A DNA stretch of 63,504 bases, the filler included, from Octopus bimaculoides (taxonomy: Eukaryota), in the NCBI RefSeq assembly GCF_001194135.2. It is 4 parts of 4 records of this genome, joined end to end, with 100 filler letters (N's around TTAATTAATTAA, not from the genome) between each part and the next. Parts side by side here need not be neighbours in the genome. Positions count along the whole stretch, not along the records: positions 47,507 to 63,504 come from NC_068984.1; 3 more parts are not named here. One strand, 5' to 3'. The notes beneath the pieces were generated by a model. It made no database searches, was not told where the DNA came from, and saw only the letters and a program-made list of their open reading frames with translations. The translations under genes and the position numbers were made by a program. The number at the start of each line of letters is the position of its first letter. Position 1 is the stretch's first letter. Shown here piece by piece: positions 63,045-63,504 of the stretch.

Positions 63045-63485
63045 GGCTCAGTGGTTCGGGCTCACAATCATGAAGTAATGAGTTTGATTCCCGTACCGGG
63101 CTGTGAGTTGTGTTCTTGAGCAAGACACTTTATTTCACGTTGTTCCAAGTTACTCAGCTGTAGAAATGAGTCGCGACGTCACTGGTGCCAAGCTGTATCG
63201 GTCTTTGCCTTTCTCTTGGATTCCCGGACTGGGCTGCGTGTTGTGTTTTTGAGCAAGATACTTTATTTCACGTTGTTCCAGTTAACTCAGCTGTAGAAAT
63301 GAGTTGCGACGTCACTGGTGCCAAGCTGTATTGGCCTTTGCCTTTCCCTTGGATAACATCAGTGGTGTGGAGAGGAGAGGCTGGTATGCATGGGCGACTG
63401 CTGGCCTTCCATAAACAACCTGGCCGGACTTGTGCCTCGGAGGGTGCAATCCCATGGTCATTCATGACCGAAGGGGGCCTCCAAT
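63045..63485 (+). mobile_element. CORE-like SINE family F with an internal tandem duplication
   Basis: tRNA-like head ggctcagtggtt...gagtttgattccc; block cttgagcaagacactttatttcacgttgttcca...gctgtagaaatgag occurs twice. Confidence 0.82.
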
Positions 63486-63504
63486 GATTATATATATATA
63501 TATA

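Overview
AT-rich, microsatellite-saturated eukaryotic genomic DNA, almost certainly octopus; this is inferred from the SINE families and simple-repeat composition, not from a search. The only host gene I can support is DFFB (caspase-activated DNase, CAD/DFF40) on the minus strand. Three internal coding exons (28541-28371, 23224-23145, 21902-21628) splice in frame and carry the Zn-ligand and active-site motifs WFNCEGKFDENTCKKSHKINPY...WDLDH. I could not find the CIDE-N exons or the terminal catalytic exon. The rest is transposon debris: several SINE families (dozens of copies), RTE, Penelope-like and RLE-type retroelement fragments, Tc1/mariner and piggyBac-like remnants, a solo LTR, and many fold-back/MITE palindromes. 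Three identical 44N-TTAATTAATTAA-44N blocks are artificial contig joins. I found no clearly new biological system. The best leads are a 302-bp tandem duplication with a covarying stem in a DFFB intron, a ~275-bp palindrome centred on a tRNA T-arm, dense inverted repeats (potential ADAR substrates), and a CpG-depleted domain that may outline the transcription unit. Repeat boundaries are approximate, and family names are by-eye motif matches.
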